A DNA stretch of 64,000 bases from Thainema sp. (GTDB taxonomy: Bacteria > Cyanobacteriota > Cyanobacteriia > Phormidesmidales > Phormidesmidaceae): NCBI GenBank assembly GCA_052168235.1, contig JBQLZK010000008.1, positions 32,001 to 96,000 of the forward strand. The letters are read 5' to 3'. This document shows, in pieces, positions 50,237 through 60,417 of this stretch. Made by a program: the position numbers and the translations under genes. Each line of letters begins with the position of its first letter. Position 1 is the first letter of the stretch. Below the pieces are notes generated by a model, which made no database searches, was not told the DNA's origin, and saw only the letters and a program-made list of their open reading frames with translations.

Positions 50237-50316
50237 GAAGAGCTTTGAAATAAATCATATCTCTCGCGTTGCTGACCAATAAACGCGAGAGGTGTGATCC
50301 CATTTTTTTATAATTA

Positions 50317-50580
50317 TTATTTGTTGTGTAATCCTTCAATTAGCTCGCAGAAACGTTCAGTCTGATCTTTGGATAAAGAATTTCTTCCTCTTCTTGTTCG
50401 TTCTTCTAACTCAGCAATCAAAAAAAGCATTGAATCCATTATTTCGTTTTCGTTCCTCGAATTATTTGATGGATATTTTTCATTTTCTTTTATCATTTCT
50501 ATTAAATCCAACTTGAGATCTTCTACAGACTTTGAATTCTCGATTTTACTGAAAATTGTATTAAATGTGTTGTTATTCAT
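50317..50580 (-). CDS. Hypothetical protein, AT-rich
   Basis: 87-aa ORF with an ATG start, co-oriented with the next gene. Confidence 0.5.
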   Translation of the reverse strand: MNNNTFNTIFSKIENSKSVEDLKLDLIEMIKENEKYPSNNSRNENEIMDSMLFLIAELEERTRRGRNSLSKDQTERFCELIEGLHNK

Positions 50581-50600
50581 GCAAATTAAGGATTTATACC

Positions 50601-51125
50601 CTATGAATCAGTGTTGTAAATTAAAGGGATGATTATACAATCACCAGATTTTTTGTGATTGTCTGTTGACTTATATTCTTCTTCTAATTTTTTTCTATAG
50701 CCGCGGGCTGGCCAGATTTCTCCCACAACGCGTATTTCGCCGTTTTCTCCAATGATAGTTAATTTGACTTCTTTATATGTTACGCCAATTTCTTTCTCTC
50801 TTTCACCCTCATATAGAATTCTAGACTCATCATAAAAGTTTTTAACCTCATACTTTTCTGTTACGGTTGCTTCCTTTTCTTCTATGGAATCTGTTTCTAT
50901 TTGTTTGATTCCTTCTATTAAAGATATTTCTCTTGAAATATCCGAGAGGTCTTCTTCCTGATTACACATTGAAGATTGAGCTTTTTTGATATCGGATCTT
51001 TCTATAAATTCAAGAACCTTAACTATTGGAGCTGCTGGCCCTTTGTAAAAGAAGAGTGAATATGGAATTGCAAGGAGCAACATAAAGAATGACCATGTTA
51101 AGAGACATCCACATCCTTTATTCAT
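50601..51125 (-). CDS. Hypothetical membrane-anchored protein, AT-rich
   Basis: N-terminal TM after GCGC; GGGAG RBS. Confidence 0.65.
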   Translation of the reverse strand: MNKGCGCLLTWSFFMLLLAIPYSLFFYKGPAAPIVKVLEFIERSDIKKAQSSMCNQEEDLSDISREISLIEGIKQIETDSIEEKEATVTEKYEVKNFYDESRILYEGEREKEIGVTYKEVKLTIIGENGEIRVVGEIWPARGYRKKLEEEYKSTDNHKKSGDCIIIPLIYNTDS

Positions 51126-51308
51126 ATAAAAACTCCCGTTCGCTGGTCATGGTCAATATAGAAGTAGTGATGATATATAGACTTACAAATTAAATCTGCT
51201 ATATCTGGAAAAAACTCTACAGGGATTCCAAAGAAGCATGATGCTAAAGATGCTCAAAGGTCTTGCAAGCAGTAGATTCTAGCGATCGCAAATTTCGTAG
51301 TATCTAAT

Positions 51309-53876
51309 TCAACCTTGGTTTTGCAGAGTACCGCGTGTAACACCCAATTGGCTCGTAAGCCGCAAATCTCGCCAAAGCTGGCGACCGTCAATTTCTCCGC
51401 GCAAAAGCTGCTGATAGCGTCCAATCGTTTCCGCAACCTGATCGGGTGATTCGCGCAGGAATTCTAAGCGGAAGTGGCGACCACCGTGCTGGATTAAATG
51501 CTGAACATATTCCGCTGCGGTTTGAGCCGTGCCGTTGAAAACCGTGTTGCGACAGCCCGCATCGGCTTGCAGAATGTGTTCCGTGCCAACGCGATCGCGC
51601 AATTTGACCTCCTGACTTTCACAGGGACGACCGCAGTTGGTGTAGTCCGTCCCCTCCGACAGAAAAGCGCAGAAAACGCAGTGCTCCATGTGGAACATCG
51701 GCATGTGCTGATGGATGGTGATTTCCAGCCAGTTGGACGGCACCGTTGCCAGTAGGTCAGACAGTTGCGCCACGTTCAGGTCATAGGACGCCGTCAAGCG
51801 CTCCAGACCGTAGGTTGACTTGAAGTAATCCGCTGTAATCGGGTTGGCAACATTCAGGGAAAAATCGCCAATCTTGCGCTCCTGTTGAAACCACTGGAGC
51901 TGATCGTAGTTCCGCACCAGATAGCCGTCGGCCTCGGAGCGCTGCACCTGCTGAAGAATGTAAGTTTCCAGCGGTTTCGTGATCCGAGGTGGTGCCACCC
52001 AAATGGTTTGCTGGTCAGACTGCTGCTGCCGGAACCAGCGCACCGCCTCCCGATAGGCGGCAGGATTTTCAAACTCGCAGTACAGCGTTTGAATGTTGCG
52101 ATCGCAAGCGGCTTCCAACTGCGCCCGATTTCGTACCAGCACGATTAGCCCCGGCGTTACCGATGAATCCGGTGAGGATACGACAGGTAATAAATCCCGA
52201 TAGGAAACTTGAGCGTGTAGCGTCCAGGGTTTCGGCTGGCTGCGCTGTTCCTCAAGCTGGGTGACAAGCTCGCGCCGCATTCGGTTCAGCTCACTCACAG
52301 GCAGCATCACGTGATCGGTCAGGTGATTATCTAAGCTGCCGAGCTTAAACGGCGTGTTACCCAAACGGCCAAACTGAGAGACGAGCCGATCAGTAGTCAA
52401 CGGTTTGCTATGCGCTTCCACCAGCGGCATGGCCGAGTCCACTTGGGCAATATGACCTTGAGCATCACGTGCGATCGCACTTAGGACTTTGCCAACTGCG
52501 CCATCAATTGCGATCGCAATTTCGCGCTGAAAGGGCGACGCATTCTCAGCGAACGTCTGCTGAAGCTCCCGATCCAGTTCTGGGTCGCTGGTTTTCCAAA
52601 GCTTGTTGCCGACCTGAATCCGCTTCAGGTTAATCGCGCCATCGCCAAAGGTTAGCGTAGCGATTTCGGTTTTGCCTTGGCGCTTGAGTTCGACGGTATA
52701 GACCCGTCCGCCTTCTTCCCTCGCTTCGGGATGACCGTTATCGAATACGACACCATCACCGGGTTTAATCGGCGCTTGCAGGTTAATCATGACTGTCGGG
52801 TAGCGCCCAGCATGAATTTGCGTCACTTCACCCAGATATACCCCCCGTTTTTTGCCGAAGCGGGCATGAACGAGGGCTTGATTGTCGATTCCTTCAAACC
52901 AGCCCGTATGCAGTCCCCGCGAAAACGCCATCTCCAGGTTGTAGCGATCTTCGGGTTGACTTGGATCGGCAGCGGGATTAGCCGAGGTTTGGCCTTGCGC
53001 CATTAGCCGATCCAATGCTTGCCGATAGGTGCGGGTGACATTAGCGACATATTCCGGCGACTTGAGCCGACCTTCAATTTTGAGACTGGTCACGCCGGAT
53101 CTGACTAAATCCGCTAAGACAGGCAAGCCGGATAGATCTTGAGGGCTGAGTAGATAACTGCGATCGCGCAAGTCCACCTGTTCACCATCGGCAATTAGGT
53201 CATACTGCATCCGGCAGGCTTGGGCACATTCGCCCCGATTGGCGGATCGTCCGCCCAGCGCTTCACTGGTCAAACATTGGCCAGAGTAGGCAACGCAGAG
53301 CGCCCCATGCACAAAGACTTCTAGCGGTAGAGCAATCTGCTGCGACTCTCGCTGAGCCTGAATTCTGTTGATTTCCTTCAGCGAGCATTCCCGCGCCAGG
53401 ACGACAAGCTGGCAGCCAAGAGATTGGGCAAACTCGACGCCTGCTGCACTGGTAACTGTCATCTGCGTTGAGGCGTGAATCGGAAAATCAGGTGACAGGT
53501 GGCGAATCAGCCGACAAATGCCCACGTCTTGCACAATCACAGCATCTACCCCAGCCGCGATCATCGTCCGCAGATACTGCTCAGCTTCAGCTAGTTCTCT
53601 GGGAAACACCAGCGTGTTCAGCGTCACGTAGCCCTTGACGCCGCGCCGATGCAGATAGGCCATCAGCTCTGGCAAGTCGGCTTCAGTGAAATTCTCGGCA
53701 CGCATCCGGGCGTTGAACCGATCCAAACCAAAATAAATGGCATCGGCTCCGTTTTCCACGGCAGCTTTAGCGCAGTCCCATTGTCCAGCGGGCGCTAGCA
53801 ATTCAGGCCGCTGATAGACCAGGCGTTCAGGTGAATCACTAGCTTGAGAAAACGAGGCGCTCGGGGATGAGGTCAT
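51309..53876 (-). CDS. U32 peptidase family protein (RlhA-like, long form)
   Basis: Motifs PELLAPAG, GADAIYFG, HASTQM, HGALCVAYSGQC, SANRGECAQACR and LKIEGR; start uncertain. Confidence 0.9.
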   Translation of the reverse strand: MTSSPSASFSQASDSPERLVYQRPELLAPAGQWDCAKAAVENGADAIYFGLDRFNARMRAENFTEADLPELMAYLHRRGVKGYVTLNTLVFPRELAEAEQYLRTMIAAGVDAVIVQDVGICRLIRHLSPDFPIHASTQMTVTSAAGVEFAQSLGCQLVVLARECSLKEINRIQAQRESQQIALPLEVFVHGALCVAYSGQCLTSEALGGRSANRGECAQACRMQYDLIADGEQVDLRDRSYLLSPQDLSGLPVLADLVRSGVTSLKIEGRLKSPEYVANVTRTYRQALDRLMAQGQTSANPAADPSQPEDRYNLEMAFSRGLHTGWFEGIDNQALVHARFGKKRGVYLGEVTQIHAGRYPTVMINLQAPIKPGDGVVFDNGHPEAREEGGRVYTVELKRQGKTEIATLTFGDGAINLKRIQVGNKLWKTSDPELDRELQQTFAENASPFQREIAIAIDGAVGKVLSAIARDAQGHIAQVDSAMPLVEAHSKPLTTDRLVSQFGRLGNTPFKLGSLDNHLTDHVMLPVSELNRMRRELVTQLEEQRSQPKPWTLHAQVSYRDLLPVVSSPDSSVTPGLIVLVRNRAQLEAACDRNIQTLYCEFENPAAYREAVRWFRQQQSDQQTIWVAPPRITKPLETYILQQVQRSEADGYLVRNYDQLQWFQQERKIGDFSLNVANPITADYFKSTYGLERLTASYDLNVAQLSDLLATVPSNWLEITIHQHMPMFHMEHCVFCAFLSEGTDYTNCGRPCESQEVKLRDRVGTEHILQADAGCRNTVFNGTAQTAAEYVQHLIQHGGRHFRLEFLRESPDQVAETIGRYQQLLRGEIDGRQLWRDLRLTSQLGVTRGTLQNQG

Positions 53877-54007
53877 GGGAGAGAAAGATGCGAAACCACC
53901 AAATTCCATACTAATTGGCTGGCTTGGAATTGGGAGATCGTATAAATCAGCGGCTTCTGGCTCGGTGCGATAAAATCGGGCCAAAGGCTCCTAAATCCGG
54001 AAATTCT

Positions 54008-54556
54008 ATGCTGTTCAGGCTTGTGACTGCACGTTGGCGATCGAGATTAAGATTGCAGTACTTTACGAGACGGCAACGCCAAACGCTGTGTTTATCGTAT
54101 CTTCTCAGTTTGTTCCTAGTTGGATTGCTGCTACTGCCAGCTCCTGCCTTTGCTCAGGCAATTGACTCTGCTTCGCCACCATCGGTCACACCCGAATCTG
54201 AGCTAATTCAACCTAAACAGCGGCCTGATATTCAGCCTTTACCCAAAACATCTGATACTTTCCTGAAATCTTCAGAGCCTGTTAAGACCTACTTTTTATC
54301 GGTGCCGCCAGGTGGTGTAAAACATCAAATCGCCATCAGTCCAGCGGCAACTCAGCTACAGGTCACGTCCGAATCTGGCAGCACGGCAACTCCCTGTGGT
54401 GATGCGGTGCAGATGTATAGCTGTACGGCGGGTAAACCTGTCAAAATTCAGCGGAGTGCGGAAGATGCGATCGCAACTTTCATGGCCCGCAATTCCAGCG
54501 AACAGCCCGTTCGTCTTCGTTTAGATGTGTATGAAACTGTTACAGACCAGCCATAG
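54008..54556 (+). CDS. Hypothetical exported protein
   Basis: Signal-like segment ending in AFA; ATG 54008. Confidence 0.6.
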   Translation: MLFRLVTARWRSRLRLQYFTRRQRQTLCLSYLLSLFLVGLLLLPAPAFAQAIDSASPPSVTPESELIQPKQRPDIQPLPKTSDTFLKSSEPVKTYFLSVPPGGVKHQIAISPAATQLQVTSESGSTATPCGDAVQMYSCTAGKPVKIQRSAEDAIATFMARNSSEQPVRLRLDVYETVTDQP

Positions 54557-54709
54557 ATAGTTCATAGATAATCGACAGACACCTTTAATTCTCAGTAGAA
54601 TGGCACTGGACTTAGACTGATGCGATCTCCTCTCGCTATTAGATAGTAGGGTTTCTAGCCATTTGCAAACTCCAACTTTAGCGATATCTATTCTCAATAA
54701 ACCTTTCTT

Positions 54710-55036
54710 ATGTTTGCGGCACTTGTGATTTTGGCCATTGGGCTTATGCCTCCGCTTGTATCCCTGTGGATTCTGCGCCGATCCGACGAGCGTAACCGAC
54801 AGCATTTAGCGCTGGCTCTCGAATCCTACGCGACTCGCGGCTTGCCTCTGATCCGCCGAGATTCAGATCATCACTACATTGACGGCTTGGGCTATATCGT
54901 GGGCGACATCACCTGCCAATTCAATGCCCGCTCACCCTACATCCGCTGCGCCATCAATCCCTCCGGCCCCTGCGAGCAGTGTCGCCACTACGATCCAAAG
55001 TTTTATGGCAGTACACTGCTGAGGACTGAGGACTGA
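54710..55036 (+). CDS. DUF6464-like Cys-motif protein
   Basis: VGDITCQFNARSPYIRCAINPSGPCEQCRHY. Confidence 0.75.
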   Translation: MFAALVILAIGLMPPLVSLWILRRSDERNRQHLALALESYATRGLPLIRRDSDHHYIDGLGYIVGDITCQFNARSPYIRCAINPSGPCEQCRHYDPKFYGSTLLRTED

Positions 55037-55088
55037 GGACTGAGTGGCAGGAATACGCCTTACTCCTCACGCCTCTCGCCTCACTCAT
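55018..55088. repeat. Short tandem heptamer repeats (STRR-like)
   Basis: CTGAGGA x3-4 followed by CCTCACG-like units between convergent genes. Confidence 0.7.
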
Positions 55089-56564
55089 CTAATCCGTCAG
55101 CGGTAGCCAGATCTCAAATTCTGTACCGGGTGATTCGTCTTCTGTAACCCGAGAACGGGGCGATCGCACATTCAGATTGCCGCCGTGTTTGGCCGTCACG
55201 ATGTGGTAGCTCAAGCCTAAGCTGGTTTCTTTCGCCATTCGTTTCTTGGTCGAAAACGTTTCTAGCAGGGCTTGGTATTGAGTAGCCGACAGTCCAGGGC
55301 CGTTATCCGCAATTTGGATGACGACCCAGCGAGGAGCTTGAGTTGCAGGAGCCGCTCCGCCAGTTGAGGCAGAAGATAGCGGGCGGATTTGGGTTGTAAT
55401 CTCAATTTTGGGACGTGGATTAGTGGGTTCCAGGGAGCGACAGCGCCTATTTTCACCAAATTCTTCGTCGAGGCAACCAATAACAGCGGGTTCCAGTAGC
55501 GCTTCTACGGCATTCATCAGGATATTCATAAATACCTGACTCAGTTGGCCAATGAAACAGTTGACGGGCGGTAAGGAAGCATAATTGCGCACCACCTGAA
55601 TTTCGCCGGACAGCCGCTCTTTCAGCAGGATCAAAATGCTGTCAATGCAGTCATGTAGATCGGCAGGCTTGGGATAGACTTCATCAATGTGGCAAAAGGT
55701 TTGCAGGCTGCTGGCCAGGGTTTTGAGCCGAGTTGCTCCGCCACGAATACTTGCGATCGCTTTTGGTAAATCCGCCTTCACATAGTCTAGTTCCATGTCC
55801 TCCTGTAGCTCTAGCACCTGATCGGAGGGATTGGGACAGCAGGCTTGATAGGCGTCCAGTAAGGTCAGTAACTGTTGGCTGTACGTCGAAACGTGGGCGA
55901 GGTTTCCCCAGATAAACCCGACCGGGTCTAAAATTTCGTGCGCCACTCCATCGACCAAGCGGCCTAAACTCGCCATTTTTTCGCTTTGGATCATTTGGGC
56001 TTGGGCGCGTTCATAGTGAACTTGCGTCTCCAGTCCTCGCACTTGCCAGTAGGCGGTATTTAGCTCATGACTGCTCAATAGGTAATACTGATTGCCTTCG
56101 GCTTGAACCACAATCGGTTCAGTCTGAAATTCCGGCGGGCGACGCAGCGCTCGCCGGGCAGCGCTGGTGATTTTGGTAGTCCCTGCCATCAGCAGTGGCG
56201 TCGTTCGGGCATAGCTGTGTAGAACTTGAATCGGCTGCTGAAGAAACAGCTTGATGCCTTGAGGCCGCAGCAGGTATTCCAACAACCGCTGCCGAGAAAT
56301 CATGCCTAGGAACTGGTCTTGTTCGGTAATGATGACTCCGGGTAGCAGGGGTTCCCGCTCAAACATTTGGGCAACAGCTAATCCGGAAACAGTTCCATCA
56401 ACGTTAAATTGACACCAGGTTAGATCCTGAACGGTTGATTCAAACGTCAATCCTAAACCGCTGCCCTCTGTCCATGTCGGCAGGTTCATACCACCCGGTG
56501 CCGCCGATGGTCGGCAGCGGGGATCAGAGCTGGAAGAGTGTGAACGCTTGCGTGATGACACCAC
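55089..56564 (-). CDS. Sensor histidine kinase, atypical
   Basis: QSEKMASLG...AHEI H-box, QVFMNILMNA N-box and DNGPG; degenerate G2 box. Confidence 0.85.
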   Translation of the reverse strand: MVSSRKRSHSSSSDPRCRPSAAPGGMNLPTWTEGSGLGLTFESTVQDLTWCQFNVDGTVSGLAVAQMFEREPLLPGVIITEQDQFLGMISRQRLLEYLLRPQGIKLFLQQPIQVLHSYARTTPLLMAGTTKITSAARRALRRPPEFQTEPIVVQAEGNQYYLLSSHELNTAYWQVRGLETQVHYERAQAQMIQSEKMASLGRLVDGVAHEILDPVGFIWGNLAHVSTYSQQLLTLLDAYQACCPNPSDQVLELQEDMELDYVKADLPKAIASIRGGATRLKTLASSLQTFCHIDEVYPKPADLHDCIDSILILLKERLSGEIQVVRNYASLPPVNCFIGQLSQVFMNILMNAVEALLEPAVIGCLDEEFGENRRCRSLEPTNPRPKIEITTQIRPLSSASTGGAAPATQAPRWVVIQIADNGPGLSATQYQALLETFSTKKRMAKETSLGLSYHIVTAKHGGNLNVRSPRSRVTEDESPGTEFEIWLPLTD

Positions 56565-56643
56565 AGTAGAAACGAGACAATAGGAACAAGAGTCGAGGTC
56601 TTGTTCTCAGAATGCCCGACTTCAGAGAAAATTAAGCATTGGC

Positions 56644-56967
56644 TCAAGCGGTTTCCGATTCTTCAGTTATCAGTCGTTCCATAAATGCTTTGATCCGCAT
56701 CCGGTTAATGTAGGGCCAGCCGCCGCTCAGCTCAATGTCTTTGAGCAGTCCATAAAGCGCTTGGCGGTTGTCTGGTAGCGCATCTTGGAATAGCGTTTCG
56801 CGAATGTCGCGGTGGAGATCTTCAAGTACACGCAGCAGTTGCAGTAGCTCCAGCACATCTGCCTGACGGGCTTGAGCGGCTGCTTGGACTTGAGTTGCGA
56901 TCGCGCTTAAATCTTCAGGTAAATCTTGAGACAGAGAATCGAGTTGAGACATGGCGGGTTGAGACAT
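56644..56967 (-). CDS. Conserved cyanobacterial hypothetical protein
   Basis: LLR.LE.LHR.IR...FQ..LP..RQ.LY.LL.DIE..GGWPYI. Confidence 0.75.
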   Translation of the reverse strand: MSQPAMSQLDSLSQDLPEDLSAIATQVQAAAQARQADVLELLQLLRVLEDLHRDIRETLFQDALPDNRQALYGLLKDIELSGGWPYINRMRIKAFMERLITEESETA

Positions 56968-57417
56968 CGGTTTATAACAAAAGGCTGAATGAACTATACA
57001 ATTCGCAACAATTAATTCATTAAAGTCGATCAGAAAAATAGAGGTCAAACTGGCAGTCTGACAACACCATTAATCTCCCGTCTGAGGCTGGCGATTTGCG
57101 CTAAACACACGTCATCTTCTATATCTGACTGATTTCGCTGCATATTACTCCACTCCACACTAATTTGCGATCGCGCATCCATTTTTGGCTGCTAGCCGCC
57201 ACTTAGACTGAATTCAGCGATACGGAACGTAATAAACGCCACATAGCCATGTAAAATGCTGTAGTGAAAGTTGTTCAACCGTTTCGGCAATTATAGAGTT
57301 TAAAATCGACCCCTCTTTTGAGTGTGTCGAACATCTTACGTGGCTAGTGCTAAAGCCCCTTAATATTCATCTGCAGGAAACATCGCTTTCATCCGAATTG
57401 ATAAATCGAGGTTGACC

Positions 57418-58251
57418 ATGAGGTACCGTACGTTAGTTGTTACGCTATTGGCTTTGTGCTTCGGTTTCATTACCGCTTGTAGCGAAGCCCCATCCGCTAA
57501 AGACTTAGGCTCGTTGTCTTACGATCAGATCGTCAATACGGGGTTAGCAAACTCCTGTTTGCAGCTTGACGAAACTGCTCGTGGTTCTATTCCAATCCAG
57601 TCTGGCCAATCCTACAAAATCACCGATCTCTGCTTAGAGCCGACCACTTTCTTCGTCAAGGAAGAACCGCTGAACCAGCGTCAAGCAGCAGAATTCGTTC
57701 CGGGTAAAAGCCTGACTCGTTACACATCCTCATTGGATCAGGTCAGTGGGAAGCTGTTACTACAAGGTGACGGTAGCCTGGTGTTTGAAGAGCAAGATGG
57801 TATGGACTTCCAAGCCATTACCGTACAGCTACCCGGTGGTGAACAGGTACCCTTCCTCTTTACCGTTAAAGGTCTCGTTGCTCAGTCTCAGGCTGGTTTG
57901 AACGCAATTACCACCTCCACTGACTTTGAAGGTGATGTGCGCGTTCCGTCTTACCGGACATCCAACTTCCTCGATCCCAAAGGTCGCGGTTTGACCAGTG
58001 GCTATGACAACGCTGTTGCACTACCTGCACGAGCTGATGCAGCAGAAATTCTAGAAGAGAACATCAAGCAGTTCAAGGTGGGCTACGGCCACATCTCACT
58101 GCAAATTTCTAAGGTTGACAGTGCGACTGGCGAAATTGCCGGTACGTTTGAGACGGTTCAGCCCTCTGACACCGACATGGGTGCTAAAGCGGCAGTAGAC
58201 GTGAAGGTTCGCGGTCTATTCTATGGCCGAGTTGAAACCGCTTCTGCATAA
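57418..58251 (+). CDS. psbO: Photosystem II manganese-stabilizing protein
   Basis: Motifs TGLANSC, CLEPT.F.VKEE, DGMDFQAITVQLPGGE, FLDPKGRG and QPSDTDMG. Confidence 0.98.
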   Translation: MRYRTLVVTLLALCFGFITACSEAPSAKDLGSLSYDQIVNTGLANSCLQLDETARGSIPIQSGQSYKITDLCLEPTTFFVKEEPLNQRQAAEFVPGKSLTRYTSSLDQVSGKLLLQGDGSLVFEEQDGMDFQAITVQLPGGEQVPFLFTVKGLVAQSQAGLNAITTSTDFEGDVRVPSYRTSNFLDPKGRGLTSGYDNAVALPARADAAEILEENIKQFKVGYGHISLQISKVDSATGEIAGTFETVQPSDTDMGAKAAVDVKVRGLFYGRVETASA

Positions 58252-58327
58252 GCTGCATTCATCGGTGGTTCCATCTAGAACCAACAGTTCAATTTCAATT
58301 CAGTTTCAATTCAGTATTGATAACGAG

Positions 58328-58357
58328 GAGGGAGCGTTTTAGGACGTTCCCTTTTTT
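58328..58357 (+). terminator. psbO intrinsic terminator
   Basis: AGGGAGCGT...ACGTTCCCT followed by a T-run. Confidence 0.65.
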
Positions 58358-58611
58358 GTTGGGTAAGAGGCGAATTGCTGCGAGCGGGGTACTGGGTGTT
58401 AGGTTTTGGGTACTAGGTTTTGCGGTGTTCCGGTTTGGTTGAGACATTCACATGATTTGAGGTTGGAACGTCAGAACGTTGGAATGTTTCAGAGTTGCCG
58501 TGGGATATGAATCAATGGGCAGTTTAATACCGAGGGGCATCTCCAAAAGTGCAAAGATTTGTTACACAGTAGAGTGGGAGCGTAACTGCACAAGATTTAG
58601 GAGTGTGAGTT

Positions 58612-59883
58612 TTGAAGGTTTTAACGCAGCTTGAGCCGTCAACCCGTCGGAACCTGATTATTTTGTTCAGCACTGGTCTGATGTTTTGGTCGGGACTGGC
58701 ATTACTCCTACCAGCGCTGCCGCTCTACATTGAGCATCTGGGCGGTTCAGGCTGGCAGATTGGGGTGACGATGGGCTCTTTTGCGATCGGACTCTTGGTA
58801 TCCAAGGCTTGGCTGTCAAAGCTGGCCGACGATCGGGGGCGCAAGCTGGTGTTGATTATTGGCGTGGTTGCGATCGCACTTGCTCCCATTGGTTACTTAT
58901 TAGCAGGCTCTATTCCAGTTTTGATAGTGGTGCGGGCACTCCACGGCATCAGCATTTCAGCGTTTGCCACGGCCTATAGCGCTCTAGTTGTCGATGCCTC
59001 ACCTCCCGGTAATCGCGGTGAGTTGGTCGGCTACATGAGCTTGGTCAACCCGCTAGGACTGGCACTGGGGCCAGCAATGGGCGGTTTTTTATATGAATGG
59101 TTTGGCTTCACGCCGTTTTTTCTGGCCTCTGCGCTGCTGGGATTTGGCGGGTTGTTCTGCTCCTTTAAGGTGCAGGAATCCAAGAGTTTTCTGGCCGCAA
59201 AGCAGGCGGTGCAGTCGGTTTCGCCGCAGCAACAAGCGGAGGACAGCCGATTTTGGAGTTTGTTGCTGACCGATCGGGTTCGCATTCCGGCGACGATTTT
59301 AATGCTGGTGGGACTAGCGTTTGGCACGATTACGACGTTTGTGCCGCTGCTGATTCAAGAAGCCAATTTAACGCTCAACTCAGGATTGTTTTACACGACA
59401 GCTGCGATCGCAAGTTTCTCGGTTCGTCTGATCACAGGTCGCGCTTCGGATCGCTATGGTCGGGGCCGTTTCATTACCGTTAGCCTCGTGTTCTACAGCT
59501 TGGCCATGCTGGCGCTGTGGCGAGTACAGACCGACTTGGGCTTGATTGCGGCTGGCCTCTTGCAAGGAGCGGGAGCTGGCACGCTGATTCCGATGATTGC
59601 AGTGCTAATGGCCGATCGGTCGCGCCCCAACGAGCGAGGCCGCATGTTTGGTCTCTGCATGATTGGCTTTGACTTAGGCATAGCCCTTGCTGGCCCAGTA
59701 CTGGGACTCTTCGCCACCTGGATCGGCTATCGTACCGTCTTTGGCATCTCGTCGGGACTGCTCATGCTAGGTATTTTGATTTTCCTGTGCTTATCGAGTA
59801 AAGACTTGCCCCATTCACTTCGATTCGCGCTCTCCGGCGGTCGAGATGTTTATGCGATCAAAGCCTCAGACGATATGGCATAA
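58612..59883 (+). CDS. MFS transporter
   Basis: About 12 TM segments; LADDRGRK and GRASDRYGR motifs. Confidence 0.92.
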   Translation: MKVLTQLEPSTRRNLIILFSTGLMFWSGLALLLPALPLYIEHLGGSGWQIGVTMGSFAIGLLVSKAWLSKLADDRGRKLVLIIGVVAIALAPIGYLLAGSIPVLIVVRALHGISISAFATAYSALVVDASPPGNRGELVGYMSLVNPLGLALGPAMGGFLYEWFGFTPFFLASALLGFGGLFCSFKVQESKSFLAAKQAVQSVSPQQQAEDSRFWSLLLTDRVRIPATILMLVGLAFGTITTFVPLLIQEANLTLNSGLFYTTAAIASFSVRLITGRASDRYGRGRFITVSLVFYSLAMLALWRVQTDLGLIAAGLLQGAGAGTLIPMIAVLMADRSRPNERGRMFGLCMIGFDLGIALAGPVLGLFATWIGYRTVFGISSGLLMLGILIFLCLSSKDLPHSLRFALSGGRDVYAIKASDDMA

Positions 59884-59915
59884 CTACAGCAATAGTTCAG
59901 AATTGCGATCGCACA

Positions 59916-60338
59916 ATGGACAATCAAGATGCCCAAAATCTACCCTTTTGGGAAGCATGGATTCCGTACATCATGGCAGGGATCATCTTATTTTTTATAT
60001 TCACCTTAGCTTGGGGACAGGCATTCGGATATGGGCATACAGAATTGACCTGTACTCGTTCATCAACAGGTTCACTTGAATGTAACTTGATTCGAGGCAC
60101 AATGAGTCCGATTCAAATTGTCGATCCGATTGCAGTAGATGTCATTAAACGTGATCCACGAAAGAAGTTCACTTCCTACAGCGCAGAGATTCGAGCCGAA
60201 CACGTTTCATACACATTGACGATTATGTCAAGCTTCAACTCTGACATTACTTATGACGTTGCGAACAAAATAAACGACTTTCTGCTGAGATCAGATGAAT
60301 CTGAATTCTATATGAGATATCCAGAAGATGGTGGATAG
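59916..60338 (+). CDS. Hypothetical membrane protein
   Basis: TM followed by LTC.R.....C.L; starts 3 bp after a HIP1 site; more AT-rich than its neighbours. Confidence 0.65.
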   Translation: MDNQDAQNLPFWEAWIPYIMAGIILFFIFTLAWGQAFGYGHTELTCTRSSTGSLECNLIRGTMSPIQIVDPIAVDVIKRDPRKKFTSYSAEIRAEHVSYTLTIMSSFNSDITYDVANKINDFLLRSDESEFYMRYPEDGG

Positions 60339-60417
60339 AGGAAATACAAAATTTCATCCAATCATTAGGAAGAAAGCGATAGTACAGGTATCCTGTGATC
60401 AGAGTTAGGTAAACGGC

